From the NCBI GenBank assembly GCA_964624815.1, contig CAZUZH010000001.1:1090-65089 (forward strand): a stretch of 64,000 bases of DNA, given 5' to 3'. The DNA is from an uncultured Candidatus Saccharibacteria bacterium (GTDB lineage: Bacteria; Patescibacteriota; Minisyncoccia; Minisyncoccales; CAZUZH01). Shown piece by piece: positions 27,216-35,582 of the stretch. Under the pieces are notes generated by a model. The model ran no database searches. It was not told where the DNA came from and was given only the letters and a program-made list of their open reading frames with translations. The position numbers and the translations under genes are program-made. Each line of letters begins with the position of its first letter. The stretch's first letter is position 1.

Positions 27216-27563
27216 ATGGAAATTAAAATAATAAAAGAAAAAATAACAAAGGAGGAATTAAAAGAAATTGCCCAACAGGGTTTTGGAGATCTGATTAAAA
27301 TAGTGGTTGATATTGAAAAAGAAATCATGGCAGTAGGGGGAGAACTTCACTCTGACGAACAGGAATTGCTTATAGAAAAAGAGAATTGCCAGAGCGAGAA
27401 TCTTTGGGGAATAAATATGCGTTTTACAAAACCAAAAAAAGAATGGCTGGAGTTTAATTCTTTTATCAACATTAAGCCCTTAAACAATAATCGTTCAATG
27501 GAAATTCAAAATCCAGAGATTAAAAATAAAATAAGGCAAATTATTAATAAGCTTCTCCAATGA
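27216..27563 (+). CDS. hypothetical protein (115 aa)
   Basis: First gene of a three-gene overlapping operon downstream of ileS. Confidence 0.4.
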   Translation: MEIKIIKEKITKEELKEIAQQGFGDLIKIVVDIEKEIMAVGGELHSDEQELLIEKENCQSENLWGINMRFTKPKKEWLEFNSFINIKPLNNNRSMEIQNPEIKNKIRQIINKLLQ

Positions 27564-27886
27564 GTCCAATCCATAAAAATTTAGCAAATGGGAGATGGCA
27601 GAAAATGTCTTTCACTGAACAAATGGGTAATATCGGCAGTGAGGTCAATCGCGTTATTAATTGCTATAATGAAGGCGATAAAAAAGATATGAAAAAGGCA
27701 TGTTGGAGGGCTTTAGAGTTGATTGATTTAACAATTGATGATAAAAGATGGAGAGGTCGGCTTTTAGAGATATTACGTCTGCGCGAAGTTTTCTGCGATT
27801 TATTTTTGGGAGATAATTCTTACAATACTTTGCCAAAGTTTTTCAAAGATTACTTTTTACACCTTGCCTTACAAGCAAAGAAATAA
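27560..27886 (+). CDS. hypothetical all-alpha protein (108 aa)
   Basis: ATGA start/stop overlap with the upstream gene. Confidence 0.4.
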   Translation: MSPIHKNLANGRWQKMSFTEQMGNIGSEVNRVINCYNEGDKKDMKKACWRALELIDLTIDDKRWRGRLLEILRLREVFCDLFLGDNSYNTLPKFFKDYFLHLALQAKK

Positions 27887-28178
27887 TATGGGCATTTTTG
27901 ATGAAAAAAAACAAATATCTAGAATAAGTTTTAGGGAGAAACTAAAAGGAGTTTCGGGTCAAATTCCTGGTTCTCCGGGAAGAAGATATTCTATGAAAGA
28001 GAGAGTAAAGATAGAGAAAGAGCTTTTCGGGCCCAAATTCGGAGGACATATTTCTGAAAAAGAATTTAAGTATGGACTTAAAAAGCTGAGTCGAGAAAGA
28101 TTAAAGTGTAAGACTCTTGAAGAAAAGAGGAGCGTTGAAAGAAAGATTAGATATTTGAAGAAAATCGGAGGAATATGA
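27864..28178 (+). CDS. hypothetical basic protein (104 aa)
   Basis: Overlaps the upstream gene by 23 nt and is Lys/Arg-rich. Confidence 0.35.
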   Translation: MPYKQRNNMGIFDEKKQISRISFREKLKGVSGQIPGSPGRRYSMKERVKIEKELFGPKFGGHISEKEFKYGLKKLSRERLKCKTLEEKRSVERKIRYLKKIGGI

Positions 28179-28374
28179 TTTTGCTTTGCAAAATAAATTC
28201 GAAATTCGAATGTAGAAATTCGAAACCCCGACACTACAAATCCTTCGGATTTGAGTACGGGGCAGGCAAATTCAAGACTTAGATATTGCTTGCCCCGTAG
28301 TTAACGAGCGATAGCGAATTATGCTACGGGGTTTAGCGCTTCGCGCTTCGGATTTCCGTTGCGGAGCAACGGCT

Positions 28375-29121
28375 GTGGCTATTCACTACCGTACCAAAGG
28401 AATTATCTTAAAGAAAGAGGAACGAGGGGAGGCCGATTTTTTATTTACCATTTATACCAAGGATTTCGGCAAGCTGGATATTTTGGGAAAGGCAATCAGA
28501 AAAATTAAATCAAAGCTGCGAGCTGGAGCACGGGATTTTTGTTTAAGCGAAATAGAGTTTATTCAAGGAAAAACTTATAAAACTTTAACCGATGCCATTT
28601 TAATAGAGGAATTTAAAAATTTAAAAACAGATTTAAGGAAATTAAAAATTACTTATGAAATCACTAAAATTTTAGATAATTTAGTCAGCGGTCAAGAAAA
28701 AGACGAAAATATTTGGAATTTACTAATTGAAACTTTCCAGAGATTAAACAGCAGTCAATTGTCAATCATTAATTGTCAATTGTTATATTATTATGTTTTT
28801 CTATACAACCTCTTTTCTTTTTTAGGATATCAGCCCCAGCTTTACAATTGCGTTTTGTGCGGCAAAAAATTAGAGATAGAGAAACTTTATTGGAGCCCAG
28901 AAGAGGGCGGGGTTGTTTGTAAAAAGTGTTTTAATAACATAGATGAAAAATCAAAACTTCAAAAAATAGATGTTGAGATAATTAAGATTTTACGGCTTTT
29001 ACTTCAAAAAGACTGGCAGACAATAAGTAAATTAAAATTATCACCCATTCATTTAGAAAAATTAAAAAGCATTTCTGATGATTATCTTTTACATATTTCT
29101 GGCAACATTCACCCAAATTAG
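28375..29121 (+). CDS. recO: DNA repair protein RecO
   Basis: An OB-fold N-terminus (TKGIILKKEERGEAD) and a zinc finger CVLCGK...VVCKKC. The start was moved to the in-frame GTG at 28375, because the 28321-28374 extension of the track ORF is GC-rich hairpin sequence. Confidence 0.7.
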   Translation: MAIHYRTKGIILKKEERGEADFLFTIYTKDFGKLDILGKAIRKIKSKLRAGARDFCLSEIEFIQGKTYKTLTDAILIEEFKNLKTDLRKLKITYEITKILDNLVSGQEKDENIWNLLIETFQRLNSSQLSIINCQLLYYYVFLYNLFSFLGYQPQLYNCVLCGKKLEIEKLYWSPEEGGVVCKKCFNNIDEKSKLQKIDVEIIKILRLLLQKDWQTISKLKLSPIHLEKLKSISDDYLLHISGNIHPN

Positions 29122-29188
29122 GCGTGAGGGTTGACATAACCTTATATAATTGATAGATTAAATAAAGAAACATTTCGTTCTTTATATA

Positions 29189-29272
29189 CTGCCTGATTGA
29201 GCTCCCCTTTCCAGTGACCCCTGTCACATTTTACCCCCCCCCGGCTCAATCAGGCAGCCTTTTTTATTTTTG
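29189..29272 (+). terminator. Long-stem hairpin (ctgcctgattgagc...gctcaatcaggcag, 14 bp) enclosing a C-rich 42-nt loop, followed by a T-run
   Basis: Read directly. Probably the recO terminator. Confidence 0.45.
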
Positions 29273-30964
29273 AGAAATGTGTATAATAAAATTAGTATGA
29301 GCTTTGGAAAATTCTTAACCATCTTTATAATATTTTCAACTGTTATTTTAGGGATAGCCGGTTTTTGGTATTACCAGAAAAACATTTATTCAAAGGAAAT
29401 TCTAAAGCTGGAAATTATTGGCCCGGAAAGAGCTGAGGCTGGAGATGAGGTTGAATATACAATAAAGTATAAAAATAATGGCAATGTTAGACTTGAAGAG
29501 GCCCGACTTATTTTTGAGTTTCCCAAAAATTCTATTCCTATCAGTGAAGAATCTACTTGGATAGAGAGAGATTTAGATGATATTTATCCAGGAGAGGAGA
29601 AAACTCTAAGGCTCAGGGCAAGAGTTTTAGGCAAGGAAAAAGAAATAAAAACAGCCCGGGCTCTTTTAACTTACAGGCCGAAAAATCTTAATGCTTTTTA
29701 TGATTCAGAAACTACTTTTACCACTGTAATTGAATTCGTTCCCTTGACTTTTGAGTGGGATTTCCCATCTAAAATTGAGCCGGACAAAGACTTTCGTTTT
29801 AGAATAAACTACTTTTCTAATATTGATTACCCTCTTTCAGATTTAAGATGTATAGTTGATTATCCTGATGATTTTGAGTTTATTAGCTCTATTCCGAGAG
29901 CTTTGAATCAAACAGAATGGGAAGTCGAGCTTTTAAATAAAGCTGACGGAGGGAGAATTGAAATCACTGGCAGTCTTTCGGCAATGGCTGGCGACCAGAA
30001 AATATTCCGTGCTCGTTTAGGCATTTGGCAGAAAGGAGAATTTGTCTTATTAAAGGAAATAGCCAAGGGAATGGAAATTGTCCAACCCTCTTTATATCTT
30101 TCTCAAATGATTAACGGCAAATCTCAACCTACCGCTAATCCAGGAGAACTGCTTCGTTATGAAGTTTTCTTTAAAAATATCGGAGAACAACCGCTTACAA
30201 ACTTGTTTTTAATAGCAAAATTAGAAGGAGATGTTTTGGATTTTGAAAGCTTAAGGTCTGAAACTGGAGAATTTAATTCGGGGGACAATTCAATCATCTG
30301 GGACTGGAAAAGGGTTCCACAGCTTCAGTTTTTAGACGCACAGCAGGAAGGTTTTGTCGAATTTTGGATTAAGGTGAAAGAAGATTGGCAGATTTCTGAA
30401 ACTAAAGGAAAAAATACAAGCATTACGAACAAGATTTTTTTAAGCAAGGTTCAGCAGGAATTTATAACGAAAATCAATTCAAAACTTGAAATTTCCCAGA
30501 AAGCATATTTTGAAAATGAAGTTTTTGAAAATTCTGGTCCGTTGCCGCCGCAAGCCGGACAAAGCACAAAGTACGTTGTTATTTGGGAAGTTAAGAATTA
30601 TTTCAATGATACGACTAATGTAAAAGTAAAAGCAGTTTTACCAAATCAAGTTCGATTAACTGGCGAAATTTTCCCAAAAGAAGCAAACCTTACTTTTGAT
30701 TCTCAAAGCAGGGAGATAGTTTGGGATGTTGGAGATGTTGAGGCTGGAGCAGGAGTTGATAAACCTCATCCAAATATTGCTTTTCAAATTTCCTTAACGC
30801 CGAATACATCTCAATCAGGCAAAATAGTTGATTTAATAAGCAATGCAGTAATTTTAGGACAAGATGTCTGGACAGAAAGTTCTTTGGAAAATGGTGATGG
30901 AAAAATTGATACTACCCTGCCGAACGATGACAGCATAAGTGACGCAATGGGAAGAGTGCAGTAG
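29270..30964 (+). CDS. DUF11-repeat cell-surface protein with N-terminal TM anchor
   Basis: Repeated ~100-aa beta-rich modules (GDEVEYTIKYKNNGN, GELLRYEVFFKNIGE). The start may be the ATG at 29297, behind TGTGTATAAT. Confidence 0.45.
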   Translation: MRNVYNKISMSFGKFLTIFIIFSTVILGIAGFWYYQKNIYSKEILKLEIIGPERAEAGDEVEYTIKYKNNGNVRLEEARLIFEFPKNSIPISEESTWIERDLDDIYPGEEKTLRLRARVLGKEKEIKTARALLTYRPKNLNAFYDSETTFTTVIEFVPLTFEWDFPSKIEPDKDFRFRINYFSNIDYPLSDLRCIVDYPDDFEFISSIPRALNQTEWEVELLNKADGGRIEITGSLSAMAGDQKIFRARLGIWQKGEFVLLKEIAKGMEIVQPSLYLSQMINGKSQPTANPGELLRYEVFFKNIGEQPLTNLFLIAKLEGDVLDFESLRSETGEFNSGDNSIIWDWKRVPQLQFLDAQQEGFVEFWIKVKEDWQISETKGKNTSITNKIFLSKVQQEFITKINSKLEISQKAYFENEVFENSGPLPPQAGQSTKYVVIWEVKNYFNDTTNVKVKAVLPNQVRLTGEIFPKEANLTFDSQSREIVWDVGDVEAGAGVDKPHPNIAFQISLTPNTSQSGKIVDLISNAVILGQDVWTESSLENGDGKIDTTLPNDDSISDAMGRVQ

Positions 30965-31014
30965 ACTTAAGAAACCAGAAACAAAATGTCCTTTGTGAAA
31001 GATAATGAACATTT

Positions 31015-31055
31015 AATGTGACGGCTGTTTAGCGGCGTCACATTTTAAATTTTAT
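31015..31055 (+). terminator. rho-independent terminator (aatgtgacggctgtttagcggcgtcacatttt)
   Basis: Stem followed by a T-run. Confidence 0.55.
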
Positions 31056-31119
31056 CTACTCTTATTTTATCTGCGGCAGCTTGTGAAATAAGCGTAGATA
31101 GTATTTATATATAAAAAAA

Positions 31120-31230
31120 GCGGCAGCAAAAGAAAGTAAAAGGTCCAATAGCCGTGTGGAAGCTATGTGACCCTTGGGGGGGTGATACGGTCCGGGGGAC
31201 GGATTTTGTATCAATCTTTCTTTTGCTGCC
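31120..31230 (+). promoter_or_regulatory. Structured, GC-rich element upstream of glyQS: a 17-bp closing stem around a ~75-nt core holding TTGGGGGGGTGATACGG
   Basis: The inverted repeat gcggcagcaaaagaaag/ctttcttttgctgcc. The G-run motif is shared with 35481-35500 upstream of metG. Confidence 0.35.
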
Positions 31231-31306
31231 ATTATATTCTAATTATATTTTATCATTCATCAAAATGGTTGTCAATACCTTTTTAAAGTATTATACTTAA
31301 TGTAAT

Positions 31307-32740
31307 ATGAGTAAAGAACAAAATAAAAATAAAGATTTAATGGAAAAAATTGTATCTCTTGCCAAAAGGCGGGGCTTTGTTTTCCTTTCGTCAGAAATTT
31401 ACGGCGGTTTTTCAAGCTCCTATGATTATGGACCATTAGGAGTTGAACTAAAAAATAATATCAAGCATGCATGGTGGAAAACAATGGTAAGAGAACAAAA
31501 GAACATTGTTGGATTAGATTCGGCAATTTTAATGTCGCCGAAAATATGGAAAGCTTCAGGTCATTTAACAGCTGGTTTTGCCGATGAGTTAGTTGAATGC
31601 AAAAAATGCCATAAACGATTTCGAAAAGACGAAATTGAAAAATTCCCGCTTTCGCTAAGGCTTCGGCGGGCAAGCAAAATCCAAAATCAAAATGTCAAAT
31701 CGAGTCCAAAATCCAAAATTCAAAACCTAAAGTGTCCGGAGTGCGGAGGCGAGCTTACAAAAGAAAAGAAATTCAACTTGATGATGAAAACTTTTGTAGG
31801 ACCAGTAGAAGATGAAGCGGCAGTAACATACTTAAGAGCAGAAACTTGTCAGGGAATTTATATGAATTATAAGAATGTTCTTAATTCAATGAGAATGAAA
31901 ATTCCTTTTGGTATTGCCCAGATTGGAAAAGCCTTTCGTAATGAGATTACTCCCGGAAACTTTACTTATAGAACTAGAGAATTTGAGCAGATGGAGATGC
32001 AATTTTTTATAAATTCAAAAGAGTCCCCAAAATGGTTTGATTATTGGAAAAAAGAAAGAATGAAATGGTATTTGGATTTGGGAATTAAAAAAGAAAATTT
32101 AAGATTTAGGGAGCATAAAAAAAATGAACTGGCTCATTATGCTAAAAGAGCAGTTGACATTGAATACAAATTTCCCTGGGGCTGGAAAGAGATCGAAGGA
32201 ATTCATGACCGTGGGGATTGGGATTTATCAAATCACTCAAAGCACAGCGGTAATGATCTAAGTTATTTCGACGAGAATACAAAGAAAAAATATACTCCTC
32301 ATGTTATTGAAACTTCTGCAGGAGCTGACCGCAGTACTTTGGTTCTCTTGGTTGATGCTTATTCTGAAATAAAAGGAGGTAGAACAGCTACTACTAAGTC
32401 GGCCAAAGAAATAGAAGTGGTTTTGAAATTTCATCCAAGCTTATGTCCTTTGAAAGTTGCAGTTCTGCCTTTGGTGAAAAACAAACCCGAATTAGTTAAA
32501 AAAGCTAAACAAGTTTATAAGCTCTTGCAGCCTCACTTTATGTGCCAATATGATGAAGTCGGATCTATTGGCAGGCGTTACCGCCGCCAAGACGAAGTAG
32601 GAACCTTATGGTGTATTACGATAGATTTCGAAAGTTTGGAAAAAGATGATGTAACTATCAGAGATCGCGACAGCATGAAACAAGAACGAGTAAAGATTAA
32701 TGAACTAATTGAGGTAATCAATCAAAAATTTAATGTTTAA
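31307..32740 (+). CDS. glyQS: glycine--tRNA ligase (alpha2 homodimeric type)
   Basis: N-terminal SSEIYGGFSSSYDYGPLGVELKNNIK signature of glyQS-type GlyRS; class II motifs; C-terminal anticodon-binding domain. Carries the in-frame insertion at 31676-31729. Confidence 0.85.
   Translation: MSKEQNKNKDLMEKIVSLAKRRGFVFLSSEIYGGFSSSYDYGPLGVELKNNIKHAWWKTMVREQKNIVGLDSAILMSPKIWKASGHLTAGFADELVECKKCHKRFRKDEIEKFPLSLRLRRASKIQNQNVKSSPKSKIQNLKCPECGGELTKEKKFNLMMKTFVGPVEDEAAVTYLRAETCQGIYMNYKNVLNSMRMKIPFGIAQIGKAFRNEITPGNFTYRTREFEQMEMQFFINSKESPKWFDYWKKERMKWYLDLGIKKENLRFREHKKNELAHYAKRAVDIEYKFPWGWKEIEGIHDRGDWDLSNHSKHSGNDLSYFDENTKKKYTPHVIETSAGADRSTLVLLVDAYSEIKGGRTATTKSAKEIEVVLKFHPSLCPLKVAVLPLVKNKPELVKKAKQVYKLLQPHFMCQYDEVGSIGRRYRRQDEVGTLWCITIDFESLEKDDVTIRDRDSMKQERVKINELIEVINQKFNV
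31676..31729 (+). repeat. 54-nt in-frame insertion element in glyQS (KIQNQNVKSSPKSKIQNL), homologous to 15005-15058
   Basis: Nucleotide-level identity to the polX insert. Confidence 0.6.
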
Positions 32741-33998
32741 AAAAACAACTTTAAAAAACGGGTTGCGGATTATTACTGTTCCACAGAGAAATACAAGGAC
32801 AGTAACAACTTTGATTTTGGTCGGGACCGGCTCTAAATACGAAACTAAGGAAATAAACGGTATTTCTCATTTTTTAGAACATATGTTTTTTAAAGGGACG
32901 AAGAAAAGGCCTAGTAAAATGGCTATCAGTGAGATTCTTGACGGAGTTGGAGGGGATTATAATGCTTTCACCGGAGAAGAATATACTGGCTACTACGCTA
33001 AAGTTGAAAAATCTCATTTTGATTTAGCATTGGACGTAATCTCTGATATTTTTTTAAACTCAAAATTAGAAGAAAAAGAAATAAAAAAAGAAAAAGGAGT
33101 GATTATTGAAGAGATTAATATGTATCGAGATCATCCTTCGCGCTATATTCAGACTTTGTGGACAAAGCTTTTATATGGAGATCAGCCGGCCGGATGGGAT
33201 ATTGCCGGCACCAAAAAGACAGTATCTGCCGTTAATCATCAAAAATTAGCTAATTATATGAAAAACCAGTATGTGGCGGAAAATACAGTTATTTGCGTTG
33301 CTGGTAATATAAATCAAAAATCAGCAATAGAGAAAGTTAAAAAACAATTTCAAGGAATAAATATCACTAAGCCAATTGAAAAACTGAATGTTATTGAAAA
33401 ACAAATAAAACCGGCCTGCCTTTTGGATTATAAAAAAACAGACCAGGTCCATCTTTATCTTGGAGTAAGGGGTTATAACATTTTTCATCCCCAAAAATAT
33501 ACACAAGATCTTTTGGGAGTAATTTTAGGAGGAATGATGAGTTCCAGGTTGTTTATTAAAGTGCGAGAAAGATTGGGAGCAGCCTATTATATCAAGACGG
33601 ATGTTAGTGCTGATACTGATACTGGATATTTTGCAACATGCGCTGGTGTAGCAAATAAATTAGTCGAGAAATCTATTAAGGGAATTTTAGAGGAGTACAA
33701 AAAAATCTCTATAGAAAAAGTTTCTCCCAAAGAATTAAAAAAAGCTAAAGACTTTATTAAGGGGAAAACAGCTTTATCTCTTGAGTCCTCTGATGCCCAG
33801 GCTTCATTTTACAGCTTACAAGAGCTTTTGAAAAATGAAATTTTAAGCCCGGAGGAAATTCTTAAAAAGATTGACAGGGTAAAAGCCAATGATATTTTAA
33901 AAATTGCCAAAAACCTTTTTCAGGAACGGAAGCTGAATTTAGCATTGATAGGACCGTTTAAAAATAAAGAAAAGTTTCAGCAGTTGCTGAAACTATAA
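32733..33998 (+). CDS. M16-family zinc peptidase (insulinase-like)
   Basis: HFLEHMFFKGT inverted zinc-binding motif (HxxEH). Confidence 0.8.
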   Translation: MFKKTTLKNGLRIITVPQRNTRTVTTLILVGTGSKYETKEINGISHFLEHMFFKGTKKRPSKMAISEILDGVGGDYNAFTGEEYTGYYAKVEKSHFDLALDVISDIFLNSKLEEKEIKKEKGVIIEEINMYRDHPSRYIQTLWTKLLYGDQPAGWDIAGTKKTVSAVNHQKLANYMKNQYVAENTVICVAGNINQKSAIEKVKKQFQGINITKPIEKLNVIEKQIKPACLLDYKKTDQVHLYLGVRGYNIFHPQKYTQDLLGVILGGMMSSRLFIKVRERLGAAYYIKTDVSADTDTGYFATCAGVANKLVEKSIKGILEEYKKISIEKVSPKELKKAKDFIKGKTALSLESSDAQASFYSLQELLKNEILSPEEILKKIDRVKANDILKIAKNLFQERKLNLALIGPFKNKEKFQQLLKL

Positions 33999-34002
33999 TT
34001 TT

Positions 34003-35079
34003 ATGAACAATGAAAAACTATTAGACATAACATGGAAAACGATTATTAAAATTGCTATTACTGTTGTTTGTCTTTATGTTCTTTTTTCAATCAAAGAGAT
34101 TATTATTTGGTTTGTTTTTGCATTGATAATTTCCATTTTATTTAATCCGATTATTGATTTTTTTCAGAAATTCAAAATTCCAAGAGCTTTAGCGGTAATT
34201 TTTGTTTATCTTGGGATTTTTGGAATAATAAGTATGTCTGTTTATTCTATTGTTCCTATGTTTTCTGAGGAAATTCAGCAATTTTCAGAAAACTTACCCG
34301 AATATTTTGAGAAAATAATTCCTTCTTTGAAAAATTTAAAAATTCAGGGCTTTGACAGTGCTGAACAATTTATGGTAGAGATAAACAGTGTTTTGGAGAA
34401 AATGGCTTCCAATGTTTTTAATACCCTCTTTGTTATTTTTGGAGGAATCTTTTCAACTCTTTTTGTAATTACATTAGCTATTTTTCTTTCTTTGGAGAAA
34501 AAATCAGTTCAGGAAGGTTTTGCCCTTTTTTTCCCAAAAGAACACGAATCTACTGCTTTGAGCATTTGGAAAAAAACCCAGAAAAGAGTCAACCTCTGGT
34601 TTTTAACCAGGGTAATAGCCTGTTTATTTGTTGGATTAGCCTCCTTGCTTACTTTTTTGATATTTCAAATAAAATACCCTTTTTTCTTAGCTTTTCTTGC
34701 TGCTATATTTAATTTTGTTCCTATAATAGGGCCAATTGTTATTGGCATTATTATTTTTATTATTGTCGCCTTAAGTTCTTTTACTAAAGCCCTGTTTATA
34801 GTCGGAGCATTTATTATTATTCAGCAGTTGGAAGGTAATTTTATTACACCAGCTGTATCTAAAAAAATAATTGGAATTTCACCAGCCCTGGTTTTGATTG
34901 CTTTGGTTGTAGGCGCCAAGATGTGGGGATTCTTAGGAGCAGTTTTGGCAGTTCCTTTATTTGCTATTGTATTCGGTTTTTTAAAGGATTTTTTGAAAAA
35001 GAGGAAAGAGAGTAGAGACGTGGCTGCCCCGCTCGTAAAAGAATCACTCCAAGAGGGTTATAAATTAATTGATGATTGA
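34003..35079 (+). CDS. AI-2E family transporter (PerM/UPF0118)
   Basis: 8 TM helices, AI-2E length and topology. Confidence 0.6.
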   Translation: MNNEKLLDITWKTIIKIAITVVCLYVLFSIKEIIIWFVFALIISILFNPIIDFFQKFKIPRALAVIFVYLGIFGIISMSVYSIVPMFSEEIQQFSENLPEYFEKIIPSLKNLKIQGFDSAEQFMVEINSVLEKMASNVFNTLFVIFGGIFSTLFVITLAIFLSLEKKSVQEGFALFFPKEHESTALSIWKKTQKRVNLWFLTRVIACLFVGLASLLTFLIFQIKYPFFLAFLAAIFNFVPIIGPIVIGIIIFIIVALSSFTKALFIVGAFIIIQQLEGNFITPAVSKKIIGISPALVLIALVVGAKMWGFLGAVLAVPLFAIVFGFLKDFLKKRKESRDVAAPLVKESLQEGYKLIDD

Positions 35080-35087
35080 AAAATTCC

Positions 35088-35396
35088 ATGTCTATTCTCT
35101 TTATTGTCGCCACCCTTGTTGGGAGCTTAAAAGATATTTCAGAAAGAGCATTGGAAACCCTTAAAAGGGTTGATTTAATTTTGTGTGAAGATACCTTGTT
35201 TTTTTACGAATCTCCTTATAGAATTATTGAGAGCTTAAAATAGTTAGAAGATATGGATAAAAAGCTGGAGATAGTTGTTTATCGGGGAATGACCAAGAAG
35301 TTTGAAACAGTTTATAGAGGAAACATTAAGCAGGTTATTGGGGAAATAGAAGAACATCTATCAAAATGGGAGTTTGTGGTGATTGTTAGGAAATAA
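35088..35396 (+). pseudogene. rsmI: decayed rsmI (16S rRNA C1402 2'-O-methyltransferase) remnant with internal deletions and an in-frame TAG
   Basis: It translates to MSILFIVATLVGSLKDISERALETLKRVDLILCEDT... then an in-frame TAG, then ...LSKWEFVVIVRK, about 100 aa of a ~280-aa family. Confidence 0.6.
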
Positions 35397-35403
35397 AAAA
35401 CAG

Positions 35404-35507
35404 CGGCAAGACCCTATAACCTCAAGCCACTGTCTAATCTTCCTTTTGGAAAAGGGCCTTGCCGCCTGTCTCTCCGTTAAGATCGTGGGGGGTGATCGCG
35501 GAGAGAC
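35404..35507 (+). promoter_or_regulatory. Structured GC-rich element upstream of metG: long hairpin gcggcaagaccc/gggccttgccgc, then a terminator-like hairpin gtctctccg-loop(GATCGTGGGGGGTGATCG)-cggagagac followed by a U-rich tract
   Basis: Read directly. Confidence 0.35.
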
Positions 35508-35582
35508 CTGATAATTTTATTTTATTCATTTCAAGAATATTGTCAAGTGAAGGATAAAATATTATACTAAAATCGTAAAATT

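Noticed and set aside
29139-29167. TTGACA-17 nt-TAGATT promoter-like site between recO and the DUF11 gene
   Set aside because: It lies upstream of a terminator hairpin and not of a gene start. The TGTGTATAAT at 29279-29288 is a better promoter for the downstream gene.
31120-31230. T-box riboswitch upstream of glyQS
   Set aside because: The G-rich motif GGGUGAUACGG resembles the T-box sequence only loosely and lacks the UGGN bulge that pairs with the tRNA NCCA end. It is kept only as an unexplained structured leader.
31307-32740. Initial impression of prolyl-tRNA synthetase
   Set aside because: The N-terminal SSEIYGGFSSSYDYGPLGVELKNNIK motif is the signature of homodimeric GlyRS (glyQS), not ProRS.
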